Of a stretch of 64,000 nt of DNA, positions 1-14,289 are shown piece by piece (positions within the stretch are counted from its first letter, which is position 1; each line of letters begins with the position of its first letter). The notes below the pieces were generated by a model. The model was not told the DNA's origin. It was given only the letters and a program-made list of their open reading frames with translations, and searched no databases. The stretch comes from Chrysomallon squamiferum. Its lineage: Eukaryota > Animalia > Mollusca. Position numbers and translations under genes: made by a program. The stretch is taken from NCBI GenBank assembly GCA_012295275.1, contig CM022674.1:7006001-7070000 (forward strand), given 5' to 3'.

Positions 1-16
1 TTTGCTTGAGGTAAGT
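1..16 (+). other. Probable 3' end of a host-gene exon plus a canonical 5' splice donor (GAG|GTAAGT); intron starts at 11
   Basis: tttgcttgag|gtaagt is a near-perfect U1 consensus. It is followed by tens of kb of T-rich, CpG-poor sequence with no long + strand ORF. The host gene cannot be identified from 10 nt. Confidence 0.5.
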
Positions 17-1900
17 CACTTCAAGTCTTACTGATACACAAAACAAAATGAAAAAAAACTCCACAAAGTAGGAAAATGAAGAAGACTAACAGTATTCCTG
101 ACGTTTCCATGGCAATTTTGTTTTCAGCTCCAGGCAGCTTATAATAAAATAATAATAATAATAATAATAATAATTCACAACAAAAAGATTTCTACAGTGA
201 TTTAAAAATGTCAGTTTTTGAGATTGTTTCTTGGTTTGCACAGTTTAAAATTACTGTAAAAATTAAATAATAATAGCCACAAAAATAATAAATAAATCAA
301 TAAATATTAAAACAATACTGGCTTAAATTTTGTCTTGTGACACTCAATACAGGTTAATTATGTGATGAAACTATTTCAGTGTAATATTTGTTTTATATCA
401 ATCATGTAGAGGGTAAATTAGTTTAACACAAGTTTCTTTATTTTGAAATTATTTTATGAACCTTCTCGTGCACAAGATTTCCCTATATAAATAAATAAAT
501 TCAGATAAAAATGATTACAGAAGTTTAAAGAAACATTTCTAGTCTACAACTCTATAAATCTTTTAAAATTATATTGCAGAATATTAATCTTTAAAATGTT
601 TGATATAATTATATAACTTTTCTAAATTTAATCCAGTTTTATTGTTTTATTGTTTCATATGAGGTGAAGGTTACCAATAAATGAACAATTTAAGATTAAT
701 CAATAAATAAGTTTTTTGTACTTGATAAGAAACGTGCAGTTTAAAAAAAATAAAAAATATATTTAACACATTCATAACTTGGAAACTATTTCTACATAAA
801 ATGAAACATGTCACAATCATCTACGTATTATCTTCAGTTTGTAAACGAATTATGGAACCAGCAGCTGGATTATACTCTGTTTTAAGTGGAGGATTAGCAT
901 ACTATTAAGCTTAGGATTAACATTGGATTAGTAGTGATATAACTAATACAGGGATTTTTTCATTCATGATTTTCAAACAGATTTACTTTTGTATTAAGTG
1001 TTTGTAAGATTTGTTAGAAAAGTATTTACATAACTACACACACAAACACGTGTCTGTGCACACAAAATATTTACTCTGTCAACTATTTCACATGATAGAA
1101 TTTATTCTGAATGGTACATAATAGTTTTATGATATAAAAAAATCTGTTCCCTTTTTCTTTTCCCTTTTCCTCCTCTCTGTCTCTTTCTTTCATTCACTCT
1201 CATTCTCTTTCTCTCTCCCCATCACACTATCCCCTTTTCCTTGCTTTCGTTTTGTTTTACCTGTCTTTTTTTTTCTCTCTGTGTCTTTCTCTCTTTCTCT
1301 CACTTGCTCTTCCCCCTTTACCCACCTCCTCTTCATGTCTCTGATACACACACAGAAGAAAAAATGTACAATAATTTCATCTCTAATTTTAATACATAAA
1401 ATACACACCTTTTTTTTTTGTCAATGCAAAGATTAACGAATACATCAGATATACTTCATTAATGTGAAGTGTCCTTAAACATTCATCCATGTTTTCTTTC
1501 ATCTATTAATCCACTTTCTTTCATTCCAGTAATTTACTTTTTACCTGTAATTAGCTTTGTCATACCTGTTCGTATTCTTCATTCTTCATGACTCAGTGAC
1601 ATAGTCATGTTTTCATGATCTTTCATGTCTGACTCACAAAAATGTGATTTGTTCATGATTGGTGAATTATTTGTAAACAAACACAGAAAAGTAACAAACT
1701 AGGCCAGTTAGCAAAAGTAAATTAAATATAGGTTATTAATAACATTAGCAAAAAGAAAATAATTTCGTTAGTAATATTATTACCTAACAAAAAGTTGCAC
1801 TGTTAAAAGTTTATTTAATAACATGATTAATTTTCTATTTCTGCTTTTTTTTAAATACTACTACTACCATTATTACCATACTGTCACCATACTGGTGTTG

Positions 1901-2160
1901 TTATTGTAATTATTACTGTTACTGTCATTATAATAACAATAATATTAGTAGCAGTAATAGTAGTAGTGATAACCATTATTGTTATAATTATTATTATTAT
2001 CATTATTATTATTATTTATTATTATTATTTATTATTATTACTGTTATTGTAATTATTACTGTTACTGTCATTATAATAACAATAATATTAGTAGCAGTAA
2101 TAGTAGTAGTAGTAGTGATAACCATTATTGTTATAATTATTATTATTATCATTATTATTA

Positions 2161-2190
<30 letters not shown>
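1901..2190. repeat. Two-copy direct duplication (~143 bp) of AT-rich, trinucleotide-like sequence
   Basis: ttattgtaattattactgttactgtcattataataacaataatattagtagcag occurs at 1901 and 2044. Confidence 0.85.
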
Positions 2191-2195
<5 letters not shown>

Positions 2196-3416
2196 TTGAA
2201 ACTGCAAAGAACAGTAAAACAAACATTAAACCTAAGATTGTCACTTAGTTTGATCTACAGTTAGAAAATTAAACACAGTTTAAGTAAATATGTCATTAAA
2301 TAATTTTGTTGTACTGTGACTAATATGTCTGTTAGTAAATTCACAAGATTCTGAATCATCTCCACATGAGAAATGTTACTCATTTCATTAATTAATTATA
2401 ATTTACCTAGTCAAGGAGTGCTACTGGAAATCTGAAAGAGTTACTTCCCTTAGTCTGTGTCTATTATTTTTCGTTACTTGCAGTGTGTTAAATATTTTTG
2501 TGAATTTGAAGATTTTTATTTTTATTTATTTGTTAATAACACACGCACATGCACACACACACATGCACACACACATGCATATACACACACGCACACACAC
2601 ACTCAGACAGACAGATGGATATATAGATATAGGTATTTCTTTTATTATTAAAAAAAAAAAAAAAAATGATTCATTTATGTTTATGCTGTTGGGTTTGAAA
2701 TATAAAAAATAATATTTTCCTAACAAGGTTAAAAAGATATTTAAAAAAGAAAAATATAAAAAAAAAAACAAACAAACAAATAAAAAAGAAAAATAATTTT
2801 AAAAAAGAAAGAAAAATGAGATGGTAATGTATTAAACATGCACTGAAGTTTATTGACGTATCAAATAACTTCATTTAACTAAGTCATTATTAAATTTCAG
2901 TTTATTTAAATCTCTCTTTATTTTATCTCTATGTTTAAGACTATCTGAATTTTGCTAAAATCTGTGGCATGCCTAGACACAGGATCAATTCTTGTCAGTG
3001 CTAGTGTTTTACTGTTTCAAACTTGAGTATATGGTATGTCTTGTCTTGTACCATGGAAGGAAGAAAAGGAACCGCTGCCATGGCTTGTAATAGCTTTTTA
3101 ATAAATCATTGTGAGACAGCTATTTTCTTCTTTCATTATATGTATAGTTTTATAAATGATACATGATCACAAGTTACAGATCAAATATCTTCTTAAATGT
3201 GTTAGATAAAACATTCTTTTTAGTTTATCAGAAAAAGGCAATGAAACATAATTTTTTGACATACAACAAAACCTCTCTTTTTTTTTTTTCTTTTATTCCT
3301 TTTTTTTTTTAGCATTCCTTTTCTTTCTTTTTCACCATATTTTTCTTTTTCTTTACTTTCATTCTTTTCTTGGTCTCAAATATCAAATCTAAATACCTTT
3401 CTTTTATGTTATACAT

Positions 3417-3483
<67 letters not shown>

Positions 3484-3974
3484 CTCACATACGAATTATT
3501 CAACGTAGAATTTTATTAATTCCCATGAACTCTTCACCTTGTTTCCTTCGTTGGGAAGAATATTGTTTCTGACAGCATCAGTTTACTAGCAGACTCATTA
3601 CATACATGTAATATTGATTGTTTGACAGATACTGTGTTTATTAAACAGTTAAAAGTGTGTGTTCAACTGGGGAAAACGCCAGCTGTGATCACCTTAGAAT
3701 CCCAGACATTTTTTTTTTCTTTTTTTTAAATCTTTATCTTAAGGTCATTTCTGGTTTGTTTCTTGTTTATGTTTTAGTTTATATCTTGGGGTCTTTTTTT
3801 GTTTTATTTCTTTCTCTACTTTCTTCTTTTTATTTTTGTTATTATTATTAATATTTTGTTATTATATTTGTATAATAAAAATAATATTAGTTATTATTAT
3901 TAATATTAAATTACAGTGGAGAATTTAATTAAAATTATTTGCAATGCTGTTTGTGTGTGTGTGTGTCTGTTTTG

Positions 3975-4038
<64 letters not shown>

Positions 4039-4287
4039 GATAGATATAGATATATAGATATAGATATAGATGTATGTATATATATATGTAAAAGAAAGAA
4101 CAAAAAGAAAGTAATACTTATTATTGGCAATTAAAACAGTATATAATTTAAATCTTAATTTGTTTCTCTTTGGACATAAGTATACAATATAATGATTATT
4201 AGTTTATATTTTTCAACTATACTAAAGATAAATAAGAACATAAAACATTTGTTCATAATACTTTCAGAAACAATCTGTCTCTTTGTC

Positions 4288-4289
<2 letters not shown>

Positions 4290-4343
<54 letters not shown>

Positions 4344-4368
4344 TATTGTTTGATAAATTAAACTCTTT

Positions 4369-4422
<54 letters not shown>

Positions 4423-4446
4423 TATTGTTTGATAAATTAAACTCTT

Positions 4447-4483
<37 letters not shown>

Positions 4484-4508
4484 GTATTGTTTGATAAATT
4501 AAACTCTT

Positions 4509-4544
<36 letters not shown>

Positions 4545-4594
4545 TCACACACACACACACACACACACTGTATTGTTTGATAAATTAAACTCTT

Positions 4595-4678
<84 letters not shown>

Positions 4679-4699
4679 TATTGTTTGATAAATTAAACT

Positions 4700-4777
<78 letters not shown>

Positions 4778-4790
4778 AGAGTATTGTTAA
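4290..4790. repeat. Composite tandem repeat: constant ctgtattgtttgataaattaaact unit separated by variable (CT)n(CA)n
   Basis: About 5 copies of the unit are read directly, each followed by microsatellite of differing length. Confidence 0.9.
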
Positions 4791-5664
4791 ATAAACAAAA
4801 CTGTCAAAAGCTATTATTTTAACTACTAAGGCCAGTTTTTATTCACTTTAATCTGTAATTTTCCAATAAATGGGAAGGTGACCAGCTGCTGTTTATTAGC
4901 AAAAGCCATAAGCAGACTGTAATTTTCTTTTTATTGTCTTTTCATTAATTAATCTACTCTTTAAAGTAATAATAAAATACACAACATTTGTCAGGGTAGA
5001 CAACAAAAAATGTTTTACTCTGTCATTGATGGAATTGGTTCAAAAGTCGTATTGTAATGTTTTATTTTTTTTCTTCTTTATTTTTTCTTCTTTTTTTATA
5101 ACCTAATAATTAAAAAAAAAAAAAAAATGTTTAATTATTATTGTTAGTAGCCAGTAGTAGTAATAGTAGCAGAAGTATTTAATTATTAGTAGTAGTAGCG
5201 GTAGTGGTAATAGCAGCAGCAGTAGCAGTAGTAGTAGTATATTATTTTATTTTAATTTTGTTAGTTTTTTACTTATTCAGTTTGTATTTAACTATTTATT
5301 TATTTATTTATTTATTATTATTTTTATTATTATTATTGTTATTATTTTTAATTTTAAATTTAATTTAATTTAATTTTTTTTTTTTTTTTAAATTTTAAAT
5401 GCGCAAATATATTTGTCAAGTTTTAGTACATACTGCGTTGTGTTTTAGTTTGGTAGGAGGTGAAATTGTTCACTCATGTGGAACTGTTTGTCTTTGATTG
5501 TAAACACAAAGTTATTTCCTATGACGTGATCTTCACCATGTCATACCTGAACACAATAAACTTTGTTAATCCTAAAACCTAAATACATTGTAATATCAAC
5601 AATATCTATTGTTAGTTTGCATTGTGTGTGGTATTATTATTGTTATTACTATAATTATTATGAC

Positions 5665-5700
<36 letters not shown>

Positions 5701-6032
5701 AATTATTATAATTATAATAATAATTATTATTATTATTAGTTAAATTGGTAAAATTTAATGGACTAGTTATTCTTAATTTTAATTTATTGATTGAAATTGA
5801 AGTTAGAAAATGTGACAGTTTTATCATATCATTTATATATTATAGACATTAAACACAAACACTTATATGATTAGAATGTTTGAGATTTGCATTATTTTCC
5901 TTACCTTTTTCTCCTCTGTGTCTTCGTCTGTGAGTATGTAAGTGTAACTAGATGAAAATAGACAGGTGTGTATTTTAAAAATTTAAAAACAAGACACCTA
6001 CCTTTACACCCAGACAGATGATATAAAAAAGT

Positions 6033-6355
6033 AAATTTTAAAGATCTGTGTTTCCCAATAATTATTTTTGATGGTTATGATGTTGTTGAGGTTGTAACCA
6101 CAGTTCTTTAATTATTAATAACATTAACTAGTTCTGACAAATGTTTTTTTTTTTTCTTTTTTCTGTTTCTCTTTCGTTGTATTCTTTTTTCTTTAAATTT
6201 TAAAGATCTGTGTTTTCCAATAATTATTTTTGATGGTTATGATGTTGTTAAGGTTGTTGTGGATGCTGTTGTGGTTGTTACCACAGTTCTTTAATTATTA
6301 ATAATGTTAACTAACTCTGACAAATGTTTTCTTTCTGTTTTTTTGTTTTCTGTTT
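6033..6355. repeat. Two-copy direct duplication (~160 bp)
   Basis: aaattttaaagatctgtgttt...ttatttttgatggttatgatgttgtt...ccacagttctttaattattaataa occurs at 6033 and 6195. Confidence 0.85.
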
Positions 6356-9231
6356 CTGTTTCATTTTATTCTTTTTTCTTTTTGGTTGTTTTTTCTTTAA
6401 TTGTTATGTTCTTTATATTTCTTTTATTGTCTGTTATTTCTTTTTTTTTTTTTTTTTCTTTCTTTCTCCATTTTTCTTTTATGTTTTATTTCAATCATTC
6501 TTTCACACACACACACAAACACACCAGAAATGATTTCGCGCCAGGAAAAGATGAAACATATTCAAAAATATTTTATGATCACATTTCATAAACATTTTTC
6601 CTGATCATATTTTGTGAGCACTTCGTGTGGTTCATTGACAAGAAAACTATGACACTGCAAAAACCAGGGAAGACATGGCTGTTGACATGTGTCTTTTTCC
6701 CAATACGTGACATATCACAAAGACTCAGCTGACATGCTTCAGTGACGATTCGTTTGTGTTTACAACAGACTGAAAAAATAAAAATCAAAATAAAAAAATA
6801 AGTCAGAAGTAGAGTAGGAAGTGATTGTGAAAAGTTACAAATATTTTTAAATAGAACAGAAAATGAATGTTTTAATTTTTTTTACAGTTGTATAATATAT
6901 ATTTTAAAACTGTCGTCATGATTAAGGAAATATTCCAGAAAGGGATGAATTTTTTTTTTTAGTTTTAATAATAAATAAATGGAGAGAGAGAGAGAGAGAG
7001 AAATTATGGTTTAGCTGTATTTACAAACTGATTTTAAAAATATTTTTCACTAATGCAAACTGTATGTATCTATATATATATATATATATATATATAGATA
7101 TATTTTTTTGCTTATGAAAGTTGAAAACTGTTGATATATGTGTATACAGAAAATATTTTTAAAATGCAAAAATTATGAAAACAGTGTAAATACAAATGAT
7201 ATAATATAAATAAACACTAATTTGATGAATACATTACATAAAGAATCTATAAATTAAATATATAAATCCATGTATATTTTGTAAGAACAGATGTCAAAAA
7301 AAATAAAAAATAAAAAAGACTTGAACATGGATGTAATAAAAATGTTAAAAAAAGAGAGAAAAACCGAGAATAAAAATACACACAAGATTTTTTTTTTATA
7401 GTTTGTACTTAGTTTGTTACATAATTTATCACAAAAACTGACACTTCATGATTAATTAATGAGCCAAGGGCAAGTAACTCTGGTCAAATATGTTGGCTTA
7501 TTTGGGTCAATGGAACATTTGCACTTGTTTCCTTCTTTTTAGCTTTGCCTCAGGTCCAGAGTCGTTAACCGGGCAAATATTTCAGTTTATGGCTTAGAAA
7601 GTGTATTCAGTTTTTATGTCCTTTTCTGTTATTTTTTGTACTTTTATAAATATCCTTTATAGCCTTATAGATGCATGCACATTTACATATTCATGAATAT
7701 ATGCACATACTTATATACATAGACATGTAAACACAAACACACATACACACAGACATACATAAAACTAACACATACACACATATATAACTAACACATACAC
7801 ACATATAACTAACACATACACACATATAACTAACACACACACACACACACAAAAACATACATACAGATCTATATGCACACACACACACACACATATATAT
7901 ATTTTAACTTGCTTCACTTTTTAATGCATTTAATTTTTCAAGTGCAATGTATTTATGAAGATATGTTAATCTTTTTATTTTTATTTTTTTTAAAGTGTTT
8001 CCTTGTATTTACTTTCTTCATCAAGTGAAATTAAAGAAAATTCCAGATGTCTAGCACATCTTCAAGTACACATGATAAATAGAATGACATTGAATTTTTA
8101 ATTTTTTTTTATTGCACTCATATTTGATAGCCTCTAGGATCTGTGTGTAAATTTAGAGTTACAAAATATGAAGTCATCATGATTTTAGAAGTAATTACTC
8201 ATTTTATATTTATTTTAGTTTTAGTTTTAGTTTTAGGTTTAGGTTTTAGTTTAGGTTAAGTTTTAGTTTTAGGTTTAGGTTTAGGTTTAGTTTTGGTTTT
8301 TAATTTTTATTTTAATTTTAATTTTAATTCAATGTTTAATTATAATATTTTATTTTATTTATTTATTTATTTTATTTATCTTAAAATCCTTTATTTGGTT
8401 TTATTAAAATCCTTTATTTTGTTTTATTTTTATTTATATATATATATTTTTTTTTACAAAATTATTTTTAGATAATCTATTATTATCATTAATCAAAATT
8501 TTTTGTTAATTTTTTATTTTTTATTTATTAAAAAAACCATTTACCAGTTGTAAATTATTTAAAACATTTCTCGTGTTACAAGGTCACTTAAGGGCAGTCG
8601 GGGTTATCTAACTTGAGAGAAAATCTTTTGTGTCTTGAGACCAGATTATAATCAGCTTTGTCTCAAATGTACAACAGCAGGAGTGTGCAGTGACGTCAAT
8701 GTTGTAACTCAACCCAGGTTCATGTAGTATTTTTTATTTTATTTTTTTTTTCTAATCTTTTTTCTCTTGCCTTAGCCTTGGAAATAAATCAGAGACATGT
8801 TCAACATATTATTTATTTTTCACTTGTCATCACAAATTACTTGTATTACTATCTTTCATAAAAATAATTAAAAATTAGAAATAATATCCTGCGACTATAT
8901 TGAAAAATAAATTGTGTTAATATATTAGTTTCAATAATAGACAAAAAAATGATTAATAATTATTAACAGAAATGGAAATAAATTCTATTTGTGTATTTAG
9001 TTTTAATAACAGACATAAAATTGTTTAGCAATAAGTAATTACAACGAACATAAATTATATTTGATAATGAATATCTATTCACTAATTAGAAGTAACACTA
9101 GCAGTGATTTTGAAAAGTAAATAGTATTTATATATTTTAATAATAAACATAAGGTTAACTGATAATTAATTAGAGAGATATTTATAAGATATATAAATAA
9201 AACAGGATAATATAAAACATGATTTGTTGAT

Positions 9232-9283
<52 letters not shown>

Positions 9284-9811
9284 TGAACCCCTGTACTCTC
9301 TCAATTGACATTTATATACATGCTCATATATAGTCACATATCTACATAACACACAAGATATACACATAAACAAGCAAACTCATACCCATATATGTACATA
9401 CTTTCCATCTCTCTCTCTTTTTGTTGTTCTTTCTTATTTTTTCTTTTTCTCTTTTCTGTTCTCTCTTTCCTTTTCTTATTCATTTTCTCTCTATTTCTGA
9501 TTTTCTCTCTGCCTCTCTTTCTGTCTGTCTGTCTGTCTGTCTGTCTCATTGTTTATCTGGTGCTAGTATTATAAGGATTCAAGCACTGTGACATATATCA
9601 CAAATCTAGACATTTTCTTGCATATGCACATCTCATATATCACTTCCTTTCTCTAGTTTGTACCTTGTACTTCTACTACAGAATGATATATACCCAGATA
9701 AACACACACTAACAAAATAACAAAATGTTATAGTTATTTACCTACATTTTCTGCATCTGTCTGTCTGTCTGTCTGTCTGTCTCTTTATTTGTATCTCTCA
9801 GTGTCTGTAAA

Positions 9812-9902
<91 letters not shown>

Positions 9903-9925
9903 TCTCTCTCACATCTCTACCTACA

Positions 9926-10013
<88 letters not shown>

Positions 10014-10337
10014 AAATTCCACCTAGTCCCAGATAATTTTATGAAATGTTGTTTTATTTCTGAGCAAGATTCCTTGCTGTGAAAAGATAAAAGTAATAAA
10101 TTAAATATCACTAGGAAGTTTTCTTTTATCTCATTTTCCAATTGTTTACTATCTGAGTTTAATATTAAACATACTGAGCTGTCATTAAACAATTTTTATT
10201 TATTACCTGTTATTTATATTAGTAAAATAAATAAATAAAAAGGTAAAATAATTTATGAGGTATACTTTTAAAATAAATTAAACAAATAAAATAATAAATA
10301 ATAAAAATTTTAATGTTACAAAAATATAAATAATATA

Positions 10338-10384
<47 letters not shown>

Positions 10385-12298
10385 AATAAATAAATATATA
10401 AATAAAACAAAGAAATCAAACAAAGAAATGTTAAAAATAAAATAAAATGAAAAATAGTTAAAATAAATTAAATGTTCATAATAATATTACATGAATTATT
10501 TTGCAGATAAATAAACGTAAATATTAAACATCCTGGTATCAAATAAATAAACAAAAAAAAAAAACCCCAAAACAAGTCGCAGACACAAAAGTCACTGACA
10601 CTGTACCCCCCTTCCCTCTCATTCCCCCACTCTCATTCCCCCACTTTCATATTAAAATCAAACTACTGACTGAAAAAGTGCATCGTATAATAAACACTGG
10701 TAATGCACACCTACATAACAAGCAAGTTGCATTAATTACTACACACTCGTCTCCCTTACATATACTTCACGTTTATTATGTACACAAATCCTTTACTCAG
10801 TTGGCAGTTCTTTCGCAATCAGTGCTATCCACCACCATTACATAGCTGCCCCCCTCCTGTCGCACCTCCCTCCCACTTTGCTTCTAGCAGAAGATTCACC
10901 TTGGTTTGGCAAGTTGCCGATTTTTTTATTATTAATTTTTTTTTTTTTTTTTTTTGTTTAATAGTGCCAATGTGACCTGGCGGAGGTCGCATTGTCCTTG
11001 ATAGGGACACAGCAACCAGACAATATTTCTTTCACCTTTGTAACTAAGTACTGTCACTGTTTACGTAGATTTTTTATTTATTTTTTCATTGATGTTTTCA
11101 CAGAACTGAATTCCAATGTAAACACAAAAGTGACACTGATTTTTGTTTCCTCCTTTTTTTGTTTTTTTTTTCTCCCTTTCTGTTTTCTTCTTTAATAACA
11201 ACAACAACAACAACAACAACAATAATAATAGTAATAGTAATAATAATAATAATAATAATAAATACATAAATATATAAATAAAGAAAAAAGAAAACGTCAT
11301 TACTTCAATGTTTTTGTTTTTTTAAACTAACTATTGTTATTTTCTTAATTTCATTGATTTTTTTATTTTGATAAATAAAATTTCTTGATTTTATTTTATT
11401 TATTTTAATGCAGTTTTCTTTTTGTGATTATTAGTAAAAAAAATTATATGTTTTGTTTTTGTGGTTTTTTTTAAATATGTTTTTGTTATACAGTAAATGA
11501 AGCTTGAACTGTATATTGTGTAAACATTGTGTAAACATACTATTTGGTACTTCATAAAAAAATATTTTTTTTTTTTTTTTACAAATACAAAGAAAGGTTA
11601 TTTTAATTATTTAGGAAGATACGGTAAATGAACGAAAATGTTTTTTTGTTGGTTTTTGGGGTTTTTGTTGCTTTTGTTTTCTTTCTAAATAATTTGTTTT
11701 CTTATTCTTTATTATGTTTTCAGCTTCCTTTTTATTTTGTTTAAATTTATCTTATTTTATATTTATTTTTATTTCTTAAATATATATATATTTTATTTTT
11801 ATTTTTTTATTTTTTTTGAACATCTACAAATATTTATTATCATCACATCACACTGTTTGGACATCAGCTTTATAATAAATTGATTAATTTTTTTTTTTTT
11901 TTAATATAGATTTAATTAAAAATTTAAGAAAAATGTAAACATATGTAAAAATGTAAAAATATTAATTAAACATTTTTTTTTTTTAAATATATATATCAAT
12001 TGTTTTTATTTTTCTGGTAAGGCAACTAAAAACAAAATATTTCATCAATTAAATTTTGAAAAATTACCAGCAGACATTTTATTGGACTGTTTTATATCTG
12101 TGCAGATGTGGCAATTTGTGGGGGGCTTTGAGGGAGGGTGTTATGAGAGAGTTAATATATATGTACTTATATGAATGAATAAATCAGTTTTTTTTAATGT
12201 GATTGTGTGTGTTTGTGTTGGGTGTGTCAGTATATACATGAATGTGTGTTTGTATTTACTAGTGTAAAAACATTTATAAATGTGTTTTTAATAGAGAA

Positions 12299-12349
<51 letters not shown>

Positions 12350-12719
12350 TTGTTTGTGTGTCACATGTTTAATTCAACAAATGTACTTCTGGAAAACAGA
12401 TATTTTTAAAAACAACTGCGAAGTTCTCTATTTCAGTATCCCTTTACATGTGTCCTTAACAGAATACAAATAATATTTTATTTTCAGAACATTATGTAAA
12501 TTATGTATACATCTCCTGTGTTCATACTTCCATATCCGACATCACAGGGTGCAATAAAAATGTGTTTTTCATTATTTATGTTAAAATCCTTTTTATTTAA
12601 TTTTCAGTAATTCTTTGAAACTTAAATTTCAAGGTTTTGTGTCAGATTGTCAGGTGTTTTATTAATGTTGTATGTACATTAGTTAGCTTGAAACGAGATA
12701 TTTGAATAAAATATTTTAT

Positions 12720-13140
12720 TTCATGGGTAGTGTTTCATTTAGTCCATTTCGTATGTTTCTTTTATATGTGTCAGTTGTCCTCTGTCATGTGTTCATTTGG
12801 TCCATTTAATGTGATTCAGGTGACTGGTTCATGTTTTTTATTTGGTTTTATTCATGTGTTTCACTAGGTCTGATTCCTGTTTCACTTTGTCTAATATATG
12901 TGTTTCACATGGTCCAGTATATATGTTTCACATGGTCTAGAATATATGTTTCACTCGGTCTAGAATATATGTTTCACTCAGTCTAGAATATGTGTTTCAC
13001 TTGGTCTAGAATATATGTTTCACTCAGTCTAATTCCTGTGTTTCACTTGGTCTAATATATGTGTTTCATTTAGTCCAGTACATTTGTTTTTCTTGATTTT
13101 ATTCCTGATACATGTTTCACTTGGGATACACATGTTTCAG
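12720..13140. repeat. Degenerate 23-bp minisatellite (tgtttcactyggtctagaatata)
   Basis: tgtttcac recurs at 12901, 12924, 12947, 12970, 12993 and 13016, with decayed units on both flanks. Confidence 0.85.
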
Positions 13141-14006
13141 CAGGTTTGTTGTATTAAATTATTTTATTTTGTGAATTCAGTTGGTCAGTTCATCATTACA
13201 GTGTATTAAAATTATTCATGGATATGTATTAAAATGGCTTACTTCATGACTATAGTTGGCCAGTCATTATTACACGTGGTTATTCACGGATGTGTACTAA
13301 ACTATTTACTTATGACGTAGGTACCAGTGGGTGCACTTCGTGAGGTATATTATTTATTTCACATGATGTATTAAGTTACTTATGTTATCTCTGTCATTGT
13401 CAAAACAATACCTCACACGAAGACAGCCCCACCGAGAGGTGGTTGAACCCTGTTCCTCGTAATTAAAAACATACCTACTAGTGTACTGTGAACCAGCGAG
13501 TGTTCCAATGTCTCAGTCACTTGCTATTCATGTCTTTGACTGCCGTGTTTGTGCAGATGAATGAGATTTTTTTGTTGTTTAAAAAAGAATCTTGTTGCGA
13601 TGATAAAGAGTTATATTGGTTTAATATGGTTTAAAGAAATGTGAATGTTATTTATGATGTTTTTTTAAAAATAATTTGATATAGATGGTTATGTTTTTTT
13701 TTTTTTTAATTTAATGATAATGTGAAAATAATTAATATTTGTAACATACCAATTCATTATAATAATAAAATGTTTTGTATGGTAATATCAGTATTTAACA
13801 TCTATCTATCTGAATGTCTGTCTGTCTGTCTATCTCTGTTTCTTTATCTATCCTTGTATATGTAGCTATCTTTCCACACACATACATATGTACATCCATA
13901 TATATGTATATTCATATTTACAGAACATTTCAAATAAAAAAGGACAACTATATATATACACGCACATACATAATACAAACGTATATGTAAATAAATGTAT
14001 TCAAAT

Positions 14007-14052
<46 letters not shown>

Positions 14053-14195
14053 ACATTCCTCCACAGAACATGAACACACATCTCATCTTCTAAGAGGGGC
14101 AGACAGTCGTCTGCAAACATGACCTAATTTACTGACCGTAATTTCTTCTCTTTCTTTTTTAAACATTATTCATCCTGTTTGCTTCACATTGATAG

Positions 14196-14209
14196 CTTTG
14201 AAGTGAATG
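14196..14209 (+). other. Candidate 14-nt microexon (ctttgaagtgaatg)
   Basis: An AG-free, pyrimidine-rich tract runs 14107-14193, with branch-like CCTAAT/ACTGAC at 14123-14136. The acceptor is TAG at 14193-14195 and the donor is ATG|GTGAGT at 14210. Confidence 0.3.
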
Positions 14210-14289
14210 GTGAGTGGGTCAGTCTCACATTATCCTTAGTCAATATTTGAACAGTTTGACAACCAGAGGGCTGACCAGACTCTCAGAAT

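Noticed and set aside
5886-5943. Possible 3-nt microexon (gag|tat|gtaagt) after a pyrimidine tract
   Set aside because: GAG acceptors are rare and a competing - strand reading is equally plausible, so the support is insufficient.
8215-8300. Telomere-like (TTTAGG/TTAGGT)n tract
   Set aside because: It is short and degenerate, is not TTAGGG, and grades into TTTTAG/TTTTAA low-complexity sequence.
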